Below, in pieces: positions 26,811-41,800 of a DNA stretch of 64,000 nucleotides; the stretch's first letter is position 1; each line of letters begins with the position of its first letter. The notes beneath the pieces were generated by a model. That model made no database searches. It was not told the origin of the DNA and saw nothing but the letters and a program-made list of their open reading frames with translations. This DNA is from the human T2T-CHM13v2.0 reference genome, Homo sapiens, in assembly GCF_009914755.1 (NCBI RefSeq), contig NC_060942.1. One strand, 5' to 3'. A program made the translations under genes and the position numbers.

Positions 26811-28044
26811 AAAGGTGACCTGCTCACCCATGCATCCTTCTTTCCTTTTTATTAATATTTACATTATAACTGTAATCTCTAGTGCTTTAACAAATACAAT
26901 GGTGATACAAAATAATGGTCATCTTTGCCACCTGGTTGATGGGTCTGCATCACTGAGCTGTGACTGTACCAGGACCCTAACACAATGGTTGATCCTTAGC
27001 TGTTTTCCTGGCTGTTCCGGAAGTCAGGCCTGTAGCAAGGGGCTCAGCTGGCAGTTAGGGGCCCAGGTGGCTGCTACACAGTGTGGTGGTATGAGGGAGG
27101 GGGCTGTGCTGGGAGTCCTGCAAGCTGAAGGCTTACTCAGTACCACCGGAGACCCAACATCTTATTATGGAAAATTACCCATGCACACCAAAGTGGGGAA
27201 AATAATACAGTGAACACTGTGTGCCCATCAACCAGCTACAAGCCATTAACTCATGGGCACTCATTTAAGCTACCCCAACTTCCCTCCTCTGAATTAGTTT
27301 GATGTTAATTCTGGACATTATATATTTTCACTCTTAAATATTAACCTAATTAAACAGGTAAGAACATTTTACCCTGCTTTAAGAAAACCCAATATGAGAA
27401 TAAAATAAATTATAGGGTGACGTTTTGTACCATAAAAGCATTTAATAAAAATATGAAATATGGTCCCTGCCCTTAAGGATCTTAACATTTACTTGGAGAG
27501 CTAAGATAAATGCAAATGAAAAAAAATCACTAAAAAGCAATCCTCTAACATAACCTAATGTTAGAAAGTACAATGCAATAATTGCCAGTTCTGATTTGTA
27601 TGGACTCTGGAGTCTCCACAAACTGGGTGCCCAGGACCTCTGAGCTTCATTTGCTTCCTCTCCTTTAAGCAAACCATCAGCCTCTGCCAGGTGAGCTCCC
27701 TGGGGTCCCCTGCACACTTCAGGCAAATGCCCGCCTCCATGCCTTTTCTGACAGGTCTCTTTATAGCTAGGATGTCCTTCCCACCACACTTCCATTTCCT
27801 ACAGTGCTGGTGCGGATGCTTCCCTCCCTCCAGAGTCTTAAGTGGTCCTCTCCAGTGCCCAGTATCTGCCTGCTTACAGCATTACCTGTATATTTCCTAC
27901 AAAGTGCCTGGCTGGACATGGGTTTGGATAGTTTCCATTCACTACTGGACATAAATGATTTGAAGGTAGGCTCTCTGTGTGCCATGCAGCCCCAGGTCAG
28001 GCATTGCTGAGTGAGGAACAGTACCCTCTGCCACAGGGTGGCTT

Positions 28045-28232
28045 AGAGAAGGGAGGGGGGAGAGAGGGGGAGAGGGGGAGAGGGGGAGAGGAGGAGAGGG
28101 GAAGGGAGGGGGGAGGGGGGAGAGACGGAGGGGGAGAGAGGGAGGTGGGGGGAGAGAGGGAGAGGGAGAAGGAGGGAGAGAGAGAGAGAGAGGGGGAGAG
28201 AGGGAGAGGGAGAAGGAGGGAGAGAGAGAGAG
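28045..28232. repeat. Polypurine (G/A) low-complexity tract
   Basis: About 190 bp of almost pure G/A (gggagagagggg..). Confidence 0.95.
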
Positions 28233-28499
28233 ACCGTGAAAAGTACAGTCAGGGGATGCTGGCAAGATAGTTCACCTGGGGTGGTCCTGATGGAGAGGAG
28301 AGAAGTGTAAGGCACTGCCTAGTCAGGGAAATTGTTCAGAAGCCTGGCTGAGAAAAAGATTTGAACCATCCCTTTCTGAGCAGTTCCTGGGTAGTGAGGG
28401 GGGCATGAACAAAAAAGTCCATAATAAAAACCTGATCATGTTACTCTGTGCTTAAAAAAATCTCAATGGCTTCTCAATGGAAACCACTGCCACAGAAGA

Positions 28500-28900
28500 T
28501 ACCAAAAAGTAGAGGCAGCGCCTCCGAACCATGGTGTTCATAATCTAGACATGGAGATAAAACATGTACAAAAATAACTATCAGACAAGATAGGAGGTGA
28601 TAATATCATCTGAAGTGTGCAAATAAGTGTAATCTGTGGGGATCCAGGGAAGGGAGAAATTAAACTGGAAGCATCAAGAAAGGCTTCAAGGAGGAGAAGG
28701 CACCTAGGTGATCTGTAAACAAAGGGTAGGATTTGGGCATGTGGAGGTGGGGGGAAGGGCATCCCAGGCAGAGGAATAATAGAAGCACAGACAGGGAGAC
28801 AGAAAAGCACAAGGGTGCCCACGGACCAGCCGGTGTGTTTGAGAATAAGAGGGGGAATGTGAAAATAGCTTGGAAGGCAGGTTTATGGAGATCTGCTGAG
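28500..28900 (+). mobile_element. L2 fragment
   Basis: catcaagaaaggcttc..ggaggag..gtaggatttggg..ggaagggcatcccaggcagaggaata. Confidence 0.65.
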
Positions 28901-31028
28901 ACTGAGCCTAGACTTTTCTGCATACAAAGTGGGGCCACTCCACGCACCTGAGCAAAGCTGTGCCCAGGACCTCAGCGTGCTCTTGGGAGACTACTTGGGA
29001 AACAATGTGGTCCCTCTGGATGGGAGGGAAGCAGCCCTTGGAGGGGAGCAGCTGGGGGACTAGTGCAGGGTCTAGGCGATGGGGGCTGAGGGCCAGGACC
29101 CAAAGATGACAGTGGGAACAGAGGAGAGCTGGCAGTGCCACCAGGGTGAGTGGGCAGAGAGACTTGGCAGCTCTTCACAGCTGCCTCTCCCCAGAAAGGG
29201 AAGGAAATCAGGGCTGGGAAGGAAGAGATCTAGAAATGAATCCAAGAGCTTCCTCTGTAAATAGTCAAACTTCATATGTTTAGAGTCCAGTGACCTGTGT
29301 TGCTTTTGTTTTTCCCTAGAAACAAAAGAGCACACAAATAAAATTCTGTTTCCATCCTCCATCTGGCTCCATCCTAATAAGTCTTTATTTTTCTGATACG
29401 GTCTCTCTTTGAGCCAGTTTGCCTCTGGGAAAGGGTCTCTGTGCAGCTGACCTCATGGTGCCTGGATGTTCAGTTTAGCAGTAGCTGCAGAGACAAGCCT
29501 CCAGGCCTGATAGCCTCATAGCCCAGATTAAGTAAGCTGTCTGGAAGGCTTGTCAGAATTATAATTCTCCTGCCTTTATCTTCAAAGGTTAGAAAACGGG
29601 GAGAGAGAGACTGGGAGAAAGTCCCAATACACATTTCTGAAGGAAGGAGGTTTTACTTATTCTATACATTTTAATCTGATTGTCAGCCCTATAAATCTTA
29701 CAAAACTAAAACAATGGCTTAGGAACAAGGGCAGACTCACTGTCACCAACGATTAACTTTCTGATCACAGTCTAGGAAGCACACTCTTATCTAGCCCAGC
29801 TCAGGACCTGCTGACTATGACCTAGTCAGTCCCCAGGCCTTGACTGTGGGATCTCCGAGGCCTGCAAATACAGCCACTGATGGACTCTTCTGGTCCTCCT
29901 GCCATAAATGTGAAGCCAGCAAGCTTCCTCCCACAGGTTTCAGGGAAAACCACGAGCCCTTAAGATTCCCGAGACAAGAGTTAAAGTGGACTAGACTCCA
30001 GGTGCTTTGCACCAACGGCACAGTGCCCAGCCCTGACTGCCATGCACAGAACACACACGGGTGGCCATGCTGTTTGCCATTTGTTCTCCTCCACCTGACT
30101 CCTGAATTATTTGGAAAGGAAATAGGAGTCTTTGGAACACACTAGGGCTAACGGTTCCAGCTTAGAAAAACTGACTTCAGTGAGGGGTCACCCTCTTTAC
30201 AAAGTTTAGAAAAAGTCGCTCCCCTTCAGAAGTGTGCATTCAAATTTCACCCCAGGGATTCTTCCTCATCCTGTTTCCTTTCCACCTTTGAAAATGAGGG
30301 TGGAAATGGATGTCGTGATGGGAAGGAGATTATAATCCACCTGGAAAGCCAATGAGGCAATACCCCTTAATCTGTGGGCAGAAGGCAACCAACTCCCTGT
30401 GCAGGAGCTTTCTGTGTCTGGAATATTTTGCCATGATCGGTTTTTAGCCACCTCTCACTTCCAGTGTAGCAAAATCTACAGGAAATGGAACCCTACTAAT
30501 TGGAACTTTCACTAAAGCACACCTATTTTTAGGACAAAGGAACAAATAAGAGAAAAAGCACATATTCAGCAAGTTAAAAAACAACTGCTACAGAACCCTC
30601 CACTGAGATTATTACATTCTCTGCCCAATTTCCCACACCTGACACAGGTCTGTCCAGGGAGAAACCACATGAGAAGGATGAGTGAAACCGCAAGATTAGG
30701 AATTAATCAAAAGAGAAAAGCCAGATTTCTTTTCTTTTTTTTTTTTTTTTTAAATCCATGCCTAAAGAATTTCCCTCTTACTAAAAACCTTGGGAAATAA
30801 GTTATATTTTGTAAATAGATATATGAACAGAACTAAAGAAATATATACATGAAAAACACTGTTACAGGACTAAGAAACTAAATGTGGTTTAGGACAGTCA
30901 CTGTTGGGGGGACCATGTTCTCTAATGGGACAGCCACAACCATACAACAAGGTGATAATTCAAAATATGAAGTGCTCTAATAGCTGGGCTGCTAAGTGGT
31001 TGGAAAGGCTTTGCTGAGAAGGTAGTAA

Positions 31029-31376
<348 letters not shown>

Positions 31377-32707
31377 TAAGAGAAAGGGGTGAGTTTGGGT
31401 AGGGAAGAAGCACTTTAGACATTGGGAAAAAATCTGAATACAGTCATGTATGCAAAAACAATGAAAATAACTTTACTTTTAGAAGGGAGACAGTAGAACC
31501 AGTCACTCCCAAAAGGACTAGCCTTCTTATTTTTAATTTATTATATACTGAGAGTTTACAATTTATAAACCTATATAGAATCCTACATGAAACTGATAGT
31601 CTAATCATGTACATTATACAAAATCTAATCAGAACAACTGCCATGCCTGGAAAAGTAGCATTTTTAGGCAGATTCGAGTTTGGAAATATAAATTTTCTGA
31701 TTTCAAAATGGGATGCTTCATAAACCTATTCGTTGGTCAACAAAATTAACTTCTCAGATTTCAATTATTTTAAGCTAATCTTTTTATTCTATCCTCCTCA
31801 GAAGTCATTTGTCACTTATAATGAAAATGCCTTTGAAGTAAACGTGCAAAAATTCACATCAAACATAATTCTGAAAATAGATCCACTTCTGTGAAGCTCT
31901 CCACACCAGGGTCTATGACTTCATACTCCCTAAAGAAACTGTTAACAGTAAGAAATTTCCCATTCACTTTCTGAGGGCCGCTCTATGATCTATTTGATTA
32001 AATTCTACTTGAAAACTAAAAATAACACAAAACTAGCTAGACTGATGCAAGGGAAGTTTTAGCCTTTGCACTTATATGTGGAGAGGCTAGCAGGCATTTG
32101 AAATCTCCAGCAAGAGTGTATTAAGCTCTATTAATAAATCACTGGGATAGCATGTTCAAAATACGTATATATTTTTCCTTTTCACACTTCTAAATCTGCA
32201 ACTAAAATAAATTTAGGTTTAATTTTTACCATGTTCAAAATTGTAGTTTCTCTCTTTACTTTCAAATACTGTTTTGGAATTCAACCTCTTTGTTGTTCAT
32301 AATGTATCTAGTATGAATTTATAGTCACTTCATGACTAAACATTGTCTCTTAAAAACACAGATGTTCTATCCCCAAGGGTTGCTAAGCTATTAACAAATT
32401 GTTTTCTCAAAGTTTTTACTTACTTACATGATTTAAATTAGCTACACTCATTTCTGAAAGCATTGAACTGTTTAAGTTATGCTTAAAAGTTACTTGTTTA
32501 GCCACTTCATTAGTAGATCAGAGAGAGTAACTAAAAAATACAAATTGGCTGCAAGTGCTCACAGACAAATCACAAGCTTGGCTTGGGCTTCTTTGCACTG
32601 CACGTCACTAAAATACCCACAGAAGGCTTGGGTCTTGATTTTAGAGAAATCAGGGATATAAACTATTTTCCCATTCCTATTTGCTTTAAAACCAGTAACT
32701 CTGCTAA

Positions 32708-33115
<408 letters not shown>

Positions 33116-33444
33116 TAGTAAAATCAAATATATTATTCACTGAAAAAAAATTAAAAACAGGGCTTATAAAATTATCACTAAAATTAGTTCCACAATCCAA
33201 ACATATAACAACTATGAAATACTTTGATGTATCTCTTTCTAGTCCTTTTAGTGAGGGGCATAGATCACATCTTAGGAGAGCGAAAACGGGTGAAATCATT
33301 TGATTTTTATATGCAAATGGAAAGAGGGAGAATAATTTTCCATAGGTGATTTTTACCTTCATTGGAATCCCTTTAACATTTCTATCACTTACCATAGTTT
33401 GTTCACTTTTTAAGTAAAGGAGCCTTCATGGACCGCTCCTCCCC

Positions 33445-34140
33445 ACTTTATAAAAACAACTTTGATTTTGTGAAATATAATATGCATACCGAAAAGTTCC
33501 CAAGTGTAAAAGTGTAACAACTAAATAGGTTGGTGCAAAAGTAATCGCGTTTTTTGCCATATAGCAAAAACCACGATTACTTTTGCACCAACCTATAGCA
33601 GAAGGTGAACACTTATGGAATTACTGCTCCAGCCTGATCAGGGAACTCTCTCCCATCTCCCTGGCCATCACCACCCTGATTTTTGTGGTAGGCGCTCCCT
33701 GCTCTTTCTTATACTTACTTTTACCACCTATACCTGCATTCCATAGCCCTCTCGGCGAGTTCTATCTGTGAATTTTATGTTAATGGAATTACACAGTGTA
33801 TAACCTTCTGTATTTGGATTCTTTCACTTACCATTATGCATGTGAGATTGAAACATGTTGGGTTTGGCTGTGATTCATTCACGGTCATTGCTGTATTCTG
33901 TTGCCTGAATGTACCACAACTTATTAATTAATTCTACCACTGATGGACACTGGGTTGTTTCCAGGGTTGGACTGTTATGAACAATTGTGCTATGAACATT
34001 CTTACACATCTCCTCGTGTGCAAGGGCAGGCATTTAGGTTAGATGCTTACCTAGGAGTGGGAGAGAGTATGCATATACATCTGTTCGACTTTAGCAGATA
34101 AGCCAAACTGGTTTCCAAAGTATCTGTACAATTTGGATTC
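33445..34140 (-). mobile_element. Old L1M 3' end fragment
   Basis: aatggaattacacagtgtata..attctttcactt; tgatggacactgggttgtttccag..gctatgaacattctt. Confidence 0.75.
33525..33596. mobile_element. MADE1 MITE (Hsmar1-derived), 72-bp palindrome
   Basis: taggttggtgcaaaagtaatcgcg..gccat/atagc..cgattacttttgcaccaaccta are Hsmar1 terminal inverted repeats. Confidence 0.93.
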
Positions 34141-34506
34141 TTTTTTTTTTTAAGGTTTTCATGACCACATCATACCTTCTTTACTGCTTTTCTTATCCCT
34201 GATCTTGCCCTATATCAAACCTTCCCTGGATATTGTTACAGCTTACAAGGTGGCTATCATACTTGCATCTTGGCCAACATAGCCTCCTGTACTTTGGCCA
34301 CTCATACCTCTTCATCCCATCACAATGAAGATACATGCAGTGTGTGTCTATTGTATACAGGGTCCCAGGCTGATTACTGGGGATATAAAAAGGCAGATAG
34401 CAGGTCCTTGACATCAGGTGTTACAACCGAGTTTGGAAAAAGGAAATATAGTTAAGATCTTACCAGAAGCAGCATATACTAAACAGCTAATAAATGGTGT
34501 AGATAA

Positions 34507-35980
34507 TGAGCACTATGGAAGTTCAGTAGAGGAAGGAGTGGGGTGATGTGAGTGTTATGGAGGTTCAGTAGGGGAAGGAGTGGGGTGATGTGAGCACTAT
34601 GGAGGTTCAGTAGAGGAAGGAGTGGGGTGATGTGAGCACTATGCAGGTTCAGTAGAGGAAGGAGTGGGGTGACATGTTATGGAGGTTCAGTAGGGGAAGG
34701 AATGGGGTGATGTGAGCACTATGGAGGTTCAGTAGAGGAAGGAGTGGGGTGATGTGTTATGGAGATTCAGTAGGGGAAGGAGTGGGGTGATGTGTTATGG
34801 AGGTTCAGTAGGGGAAGGAGTAGGGTGATGTGAGTGTTATGGAGGTTCAGTAGGGGAAGGAGTAGGATGATGTGAGGGTTATGGAGGTTTAGTAGGGGAA
34901 AGAGTGGGGTGATGTGAGTGTTATGGAGGTTCAGTAGAGGAAGGAGTGGGGTGATGTTATTGAGGTTCAGTAGGGGAAGGAGTGGGGTGATGTGAGCACT
35001 ATGGAGGTTCAGTAGGGGAAGGAGTGGGGTGATGTGAGTGTCATAGAGGTTCAGTAGGGGAAGGAGTGGGGTGATGTGAACACTATGGAGGTTCAGTAGG
35101 GGAAGGAGTGGGGTGATGTGATTGTTATGGAGGTTCAGTAGGGGAAGGAGTGGGGTGATGTGAGCACTATGGAGGTTCAGTAGGGGAAGGAGTGGGGTGA
35201 TGTGAGTGTTATGGAGGTTCAGTAGGGGAAGGAGTGGGGTGATGTGTTATGGAGGTTCAGTAGGGGAAGGAGTAGGGTGATGTGAGTGTTATGGAGATTC
35301 AGTAGGGGAAGGAGTGGGGTGATGTGAGTGTTATGGAGGTTCAGTAGGGGAAGGAGTGGGGTGATGTGAGTATTGTTATGGAGGTTCAGTAGGGGAAGGG
35401 GTAGGGTGATGTGAGTGTTATGGAGGTTCAGTAGGGGAAGGAGTAGGGTGATGTGAGTGTTATGGAGGTTCAGTAGGGGAAGGAGTGGGGTGATATGTTG
35501 TGGAGGTTCAGTAGGGGAAGGAGTGGGGTGATGTGTTATGGAGGTTCAGTAGGGAAGGAGTGGGGTGATGTGAGCACTATGGAGGTTCAGTTGGGGAAGG
35601 AGTGGGGTGATGTGGGCACTATGGAGGTTCAGTAGAGGAAGGAGTGGGGTGATGTGTTATGGAGGTTCAGTAGAGGAAGGAGTGGGGTGATGTGTTATAG
35701 AGGTTCAGTAGGGGAAGGAGTGGGGTGATGTGTTATGGAGGTTCAGTAGGGGAAGGAGTGGGGTGATGTGAGTGTTGTTATGGAGGTTCAGTAGGGGAAG
35801 GAGTGTGGTGATGTCAGTGTTATGGAGGTTCAGTAGAGGAAGGAGTGGGGTGATGTGTTATGGAGGTTCAGTAGAGGAAGGAGTGGGGTGATGTGAGCAC
35901 TATGGAAGTTCGGTAGGAGAAGGAGTGGGGTGATGTGAGTGTTACGGAAGTTTAGTAGGGAAGGAGTGGGGTGATGTGTG
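34507..35980. repeat. Minisatellite/VNTR, unit ~42 bp (ATGGAGGTTCAGTAGGGGAAGGAGTGGGGTGATGTGAGYRYT; 36-45 bp variants), ~36 copies
   Basis: Directly visible head-to-tail array; copy number estimated as length/unit. Confidence 0.97.
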
Positions 35981-38207
35981 AAAATCTTGGGGAGAATCTC
36001 TGGCCTTCGCTGGCCCTCGTGGGAAACAAGCACAGGCTGAGGCTGGGAGCGTGCATGCCATGTTCAGAGAACTGGGAGGGATCAACGTTATCCTGAAACA
36101 ATTGTCCATGCCACATGCAGGGGCAGAGCAGAAGAATCTGCCTCTCAAATGGCCAGTTAAAGATCAACTTGCAGTTAAATAACACATAACAAAATAAAGT
36201 ATGCCAGTTAAAAATATTAAATTTAGTCACAAATGTGCATGAAAGTAGAACTCAAAAAGACAGTTCTAAAAATATTTATGGTACTAGAATACTGAGCCCC
36301 CGAGATCTAGCCTGAGGACATGGTCCCTCCAAGGCATAAACAGATCTGAGATGTTACTGCTGACAGAACACCCACCCCTCCAAAACTGGCCCTTTTGCAA
36401 AGGCGTTTCATTAGTCACAAAGAGGATAGGTCAATGAAAGAGAATTTGAGTTAACATAAATACATCATAAACATCAAGCCAAAACTCATGGCATCATCCT
36501 TCTACACAAAGAATAGCACAGGGGCAATGACTAGTAATAGTTGGACTTTCAAGCTTTTTTGAGGCTGCTTTGAGAGGGGACTGTGGACTGATATTAACAG
36601 TTACAGTGTCCCTTGAATGCAGAGAAAAGCCATGTGTAGTACAAAGGGACATGACCAGGTGCAGTCAGGAAGTCCAGGATAGGAGCCTGGATCTGCCCCC
36701 ACCAGCCTGGTGACCTTGGATGAGGCAATTCTCATTTCCCCAAAATAAGGGGGTTGAAAAGAGGGTTTCTCAAGTATCTCTTCTTTCTCCATTCTAACAA
36801 CTAATGCTGAGAGAAAGGATATTTTTTGGTCCACTTCCTTAGGAACAGAAGATTCATGACTGGTTCCTTCATACCTTTCTTTAAACAAAAGCATTTCCCA
36901 CAAATCCTAAGGCTTACAATGGAGAAGGGGCACAGTTTGATGCTGCTCCTTAGAAATGAAAGGAGCTCCAGAGAATATTGTTTTTAAGTCATTGTAACAG
37001 CTTTTGTTAGGCTGGACTGCTGGAGGTGAGGAGTATATGACAAGCCAGAACAACTCCAAAAATGAACTGGGTACCCTGACACTTGGCTGCGTTTTTAAAA
37101 ACTTAAAAAGCCACATACAGCTCTCATATGCTGAGGATGAGGAGAAATTCCTTTTTTTCCCTTTTTCTATGCCCTCTCTCAGCAGAATAAAAGAGTGGAA
37201 ATCTAAAAGAAGGAAACAGCTTCTCCTATTTCCTCTCCAGAAGTGATTACATTCCAAGCCATCTTTTTTATTCTACTGGAAAGTGTCACTTATGGGATTC
37301 GGAATCAGGGTCAATTCTAAATAGTTCACATGAACACATCTGCATGGAATTGATGTTTTTTCATAAATACAAACACTGGAACCAGGAGAAAGTTTACAAT
37401 GTCAAGTTTTCAGTTTTTGCTTATTGTGAGAATAGAATGTATATTGAGGAGACACAGGCAAAACAAAAGAAGTATAATAAATTGATTATGGAAGAAGGGA
37501 TCTTTGGAGTTAGCCTAGTTTACCCTCATTTGACAACACATTAGTAAAATAATTACCTACATAGATGGGATGATGCGTGAGTTAAATTAGACAACTTAGT
37601 CTTGACAGAGATACTAACGTGTTCATGGAAAATAGTGAATAAACTAAATTGTTATACACCAAATCATACATTAAAGTCAGCATTTACAAGAATCTTGCTA
37701 TGATCCCTCCCAAAGTAAAATAAAAAGAAAACTAACCTGCTAAAGAAAATCATTCAGCAATTTATCTATTCTGAAAGTTCAGACTGGCACCTTGAGCCTT
37801 CTTTGGGCTTAGGTCACCCACTCGCTATTCTCAAAGACAGGGCTTTGTGTTTCTCAAGGGTAGAGATGATACCAGCTCTATGTCCTGTATCATCCCAACT
37901 TTTCTTCAGGGTCATGACTGCCACAGACTCACAACTCTTTTTGGTATATTTTCATGAGTAGCATGTAAAAGTTCTTATAAGATACTGAAAAGTAAGGCTT
38001 GTGTGTTGTTTAGTTTATAAAACAACACATATACTTATAAAAGTAAGACTCATGTGTGTTGTTTTGCTCCCTTGCTAATCAGAACAAGTGGCCCTTGATT
38101 TTCATAACTGTTAGTGTACTAACCTGTAGCAGTTCTTTTAAGTTGTGGCTTCTAGTCTATTATGGACTTGGGAACCAGATGGCTAAGCTTATTAAAACTG
38201 TGTATTG

Positions 38208-38604
<397 letters not shown>

Positions 38605-38679
38605 TCAGAATCTACAACTCTAGTTTTTGGCTTTGTTCTGGAAAAGTGAGGTTGATAGATATGTGAGAAACTAACATTG

Positions 38680-38880
38680 GCTAACAGTTACTGAGAGCTT
38701 GCTTTGTGCTAGGGAGTTTACGTGCATTGTTTCTTTTGATTTCTCCAACTATTCCAGGATGTAGGTAAGGTGATGAGTTAGACCTGTCCTTGAGGTGAGA
38801 AACTGATGCACAGTGAAGGTGAAATAACTTGCCCCAGACTGCAGGACTGGGGACTCACTCTCAGCCCTCCAGCATCCCAC
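38680..38880. mobile_element. MIR
   Basis: ttactgagagcttgctttgtgctagg..gtgagaaactgatgcacag..aataacttgccc. Confidence 0.7.
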
Positions 38881-41800
38881 CTGCCTCTCCACTTATGTGC
38901 TTCAGAATCTGCATTCTGTCCACAGCCATTCTTCATTTCACACTCAAGGAAACCACTGCAGCTCAAAGTCCTCTGAGTGTGAACAGTCTTCTTTTGCCTC
39001 CCAAGCCCCCTTTGCCCATTTGTGTTCTCTAATTTTCTTAAGTTCCTCACATTTGAAAAGGAAGGGAGTAGAGAAGCCGTTTCTTTGAATGCTACTTTAG
39101 AAACTGTGCCCCCCTAAACAGTAAGGTTCTTTAAGGGACAACCACTAGCAGAGTGCTGTGCAGGCAGGAGTTGCTCAATCAATACTAGTTGAACAAATAA
39201 ATGAAAGACAAGAAAATCTCTATTGCAAATAGTAGCTTTGTAGGAAAAGGAATGTTAGCCGCTGGATGTTGGAGATATTTATTCAAAGACTCAGAGGCCT
39301 AAAGACTGTGAGAACACCATAAATAAATATAATGATCAAGAGTCCACATGGTTCCTTATACCCCATTGTGCCCTGATTTGAAAAACTCTCAATATTGGGT
39401 TTGGTGTTTTCTCTTCAATAGGGACTGTTAGCAATGAGAGGCTGTATGGTGGAATGTGCAGACCATTTATAAAGGACAAAAATAATCACTGATTTTTCAT
39501 TTTCAGTTCCTGTAGGTTAGGGCTGGGATACAGATCACCAAAGATGAAGGCAAATCTTTTATAGTGCCTACCTGCTTTTATTTTTCATGCCTGTATCAAC
39601 AGGAAAAATGTTGAATGCATGAATTTGATAAGACTGATATTTATTTAATGGCAGAGGCTGCTAGAAACAAGAACTAGGCACATGATTTGAATGCTTTCAT
39701 TAGTGAAATCCCTCTGATGCATGTTTAAATGAAAGACTATGCCTTCATTTCCAAAAATACTGTCTTTTGCAGTACACATGTTAAACTGAATGGAGAAAAA
39801 TAAGATAACCCCTGACAAAAAGTAACCACTTAACTTCAGTCTGTGTAACATTCTGTGATACAATTGAAACCACGGACACAATGCTCTAAAGGCAATTCAA
39901 GTTCACAAAAGCTTATCTCCCCGTGATGAACAGAGAAGACGATTCATTCATTTTCCCTTTATGGAACCAGTGTGTCTCTTTGGGGTTCAGATTATGAGCA
40001 AAACCACCAGCCAGCATAGGCTAAGAGGTGGCTTTGTGACCACAAGTACATTTTTAGCAAATCGGAGCTACAACAGTCAAGGGTAACAGGCTCACTGATA
40101 GTAAATCACTACTTACTTGGGGGCCTAAAATAATCAGGGTTAGAAGTCAAATGTGAAGCCGCTCCAAAGGGGGAAAAAAGAGTAAAAGGAATTCATTTCT
40201 TAATATCATCAAGTGTATATATTAACTACCATATATTTAATGGCAGGGAGAGAAAGGACAATAATGGTAAGACTACAAAGGATCCCATGTATAGCGTCTT
40301 GTCATAGGGACTATTGAAAATTAAATAAGGTTGTTTCTACTGCTACTGCTATCAATTAGCTAGCAACCACTTCCACAGCCATAATAACTGCCACATGCAC
40401 GCTGCGCCTTACCCCTGGGCCTGCTAATTCCAAACACAGGAGGTTGCACACTGCACTCAACAGACTGGCCTACAACAGAATGCCCTGCTAGTCAGATTTT
40501 GTTTTACAAAATGAAATGATTCAGTACGTCAGAATATTTTAGATAATTTAGCCTAGTTCCATTCCTTAAACATATGAACTAGATTACATACTTTGTAATA
40601 ATTTAACCTTCACTTATCCAAACATTCTCTGTGCCATACAACTACATGTTTCTCTTTATTTTTGTTCCTTCTAGTTTCACGAAGTTTAAACAATGATCTC
40701 TGGTCTAAGTTACAAAGCTATGCTGCCAATAAGGTGATTCGTGTCATGTTTAAAGGATTTCATTTTTGAAGTGGAAAAAATCACTCCTGTGAAACTGACA
40801 CTGTAGTTTGAAAGACGAAAATGCCAACATAAAAAAAAAATCCCATTCAAAAGGGATGGGATTTGATATCTATGAAAGTAGCCCCCAGACTCACTCCCTG
40901 GCCACCTCCCACTCCAACCTTTCCCCTGTGGAGTTCTCAAACCCTTGTATTGACTGTGGTTCCCACAAAGACAAGAAGTAGTGAACAGCAAAATAGAGTA
41001 AATGCTTTTCCTGAACTTTGGAAGAAACCAGATTTCGTCAGTGAGGTTTGGCAACGTGAGAAACCCTGTAACCAATTTCATTTCCTGATAAATGAATGGT
41101 CCACAGGGGAAAGTCCACCAGTGAGTTTCGGAACGTTTGAGAGCTGAGACTTTATGAAAGGCTCCTTGAAGGAGTCAGCCTGTCTTTGCTTATCATTGCT
41201 GAGACAGACAGCGCCGTGCAAATAGGAGAGCTGCCAGACTCCATTTAGAGCCCTTGCTGAAGCACAACTGATAGGGCTTCACAAACATGTGATATCCCTT
41301 TAAGAAAGGACATTGCTATCGTGTGCCCCTTCCATTAGACTAGGCTCTTAAACCTGCAGGGCTGGAAACATATGCCTATTAAAATTATTTCAGAAGAGCA
41401 GGTTTAATAGTCTTCTCATTTAAATGTAACTCCCCTCGTCCAACCAAAAACAAAATATCCTTGGCATTCAGTTTTGATTTAGAGTTGGGAAAATGTAATG
41501 TATAAAAATGAACACATACGTGGATAAATAAGAGTAAAACATAGTGACTCAATCTCAGGGAAGTTATGACAAATAGAAAGTGCCTCAAAGTATTGAAACA
41601 AGTTCATCTGAAATGTGAATAGCCTCATTCGTCACAAGATCATTTACATTTTAAACTTGAAATGAGTATCTTTATGTTTAAGTAAACTAAAAGGCAATTC
41701 TCATAACTCTATATGTGCTATATTTATGCCTAAAAATTTAAAAATATCTTAACACTTTTCAAGTTAATTCAGAATTGGCCAAAGTACAAATATGTTTACT

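Noticed and set aside
26925-26945. CTCF-like motif (tgccacctggttg)
   Set aside because: Mismatches at core positions; several equally weak matches are expected by chance in 64 kb.
27942-28315. Pro/Ser/Leu and Gly/Glu/Arg-rich ORFs
   Set aside because: Translations of the polypurine tract.
30726-30751. Orphan poly(T) suggesting a processed pseudogene tail
   Set aside because: No TSD and no recognisable mRNA or Alu body adjacent.
34507-35980. CRISPR-like array
   Set aside because: Units are head-to-tail with no unique spacers and no cas genes; this is a eukaryotic minisatellite.
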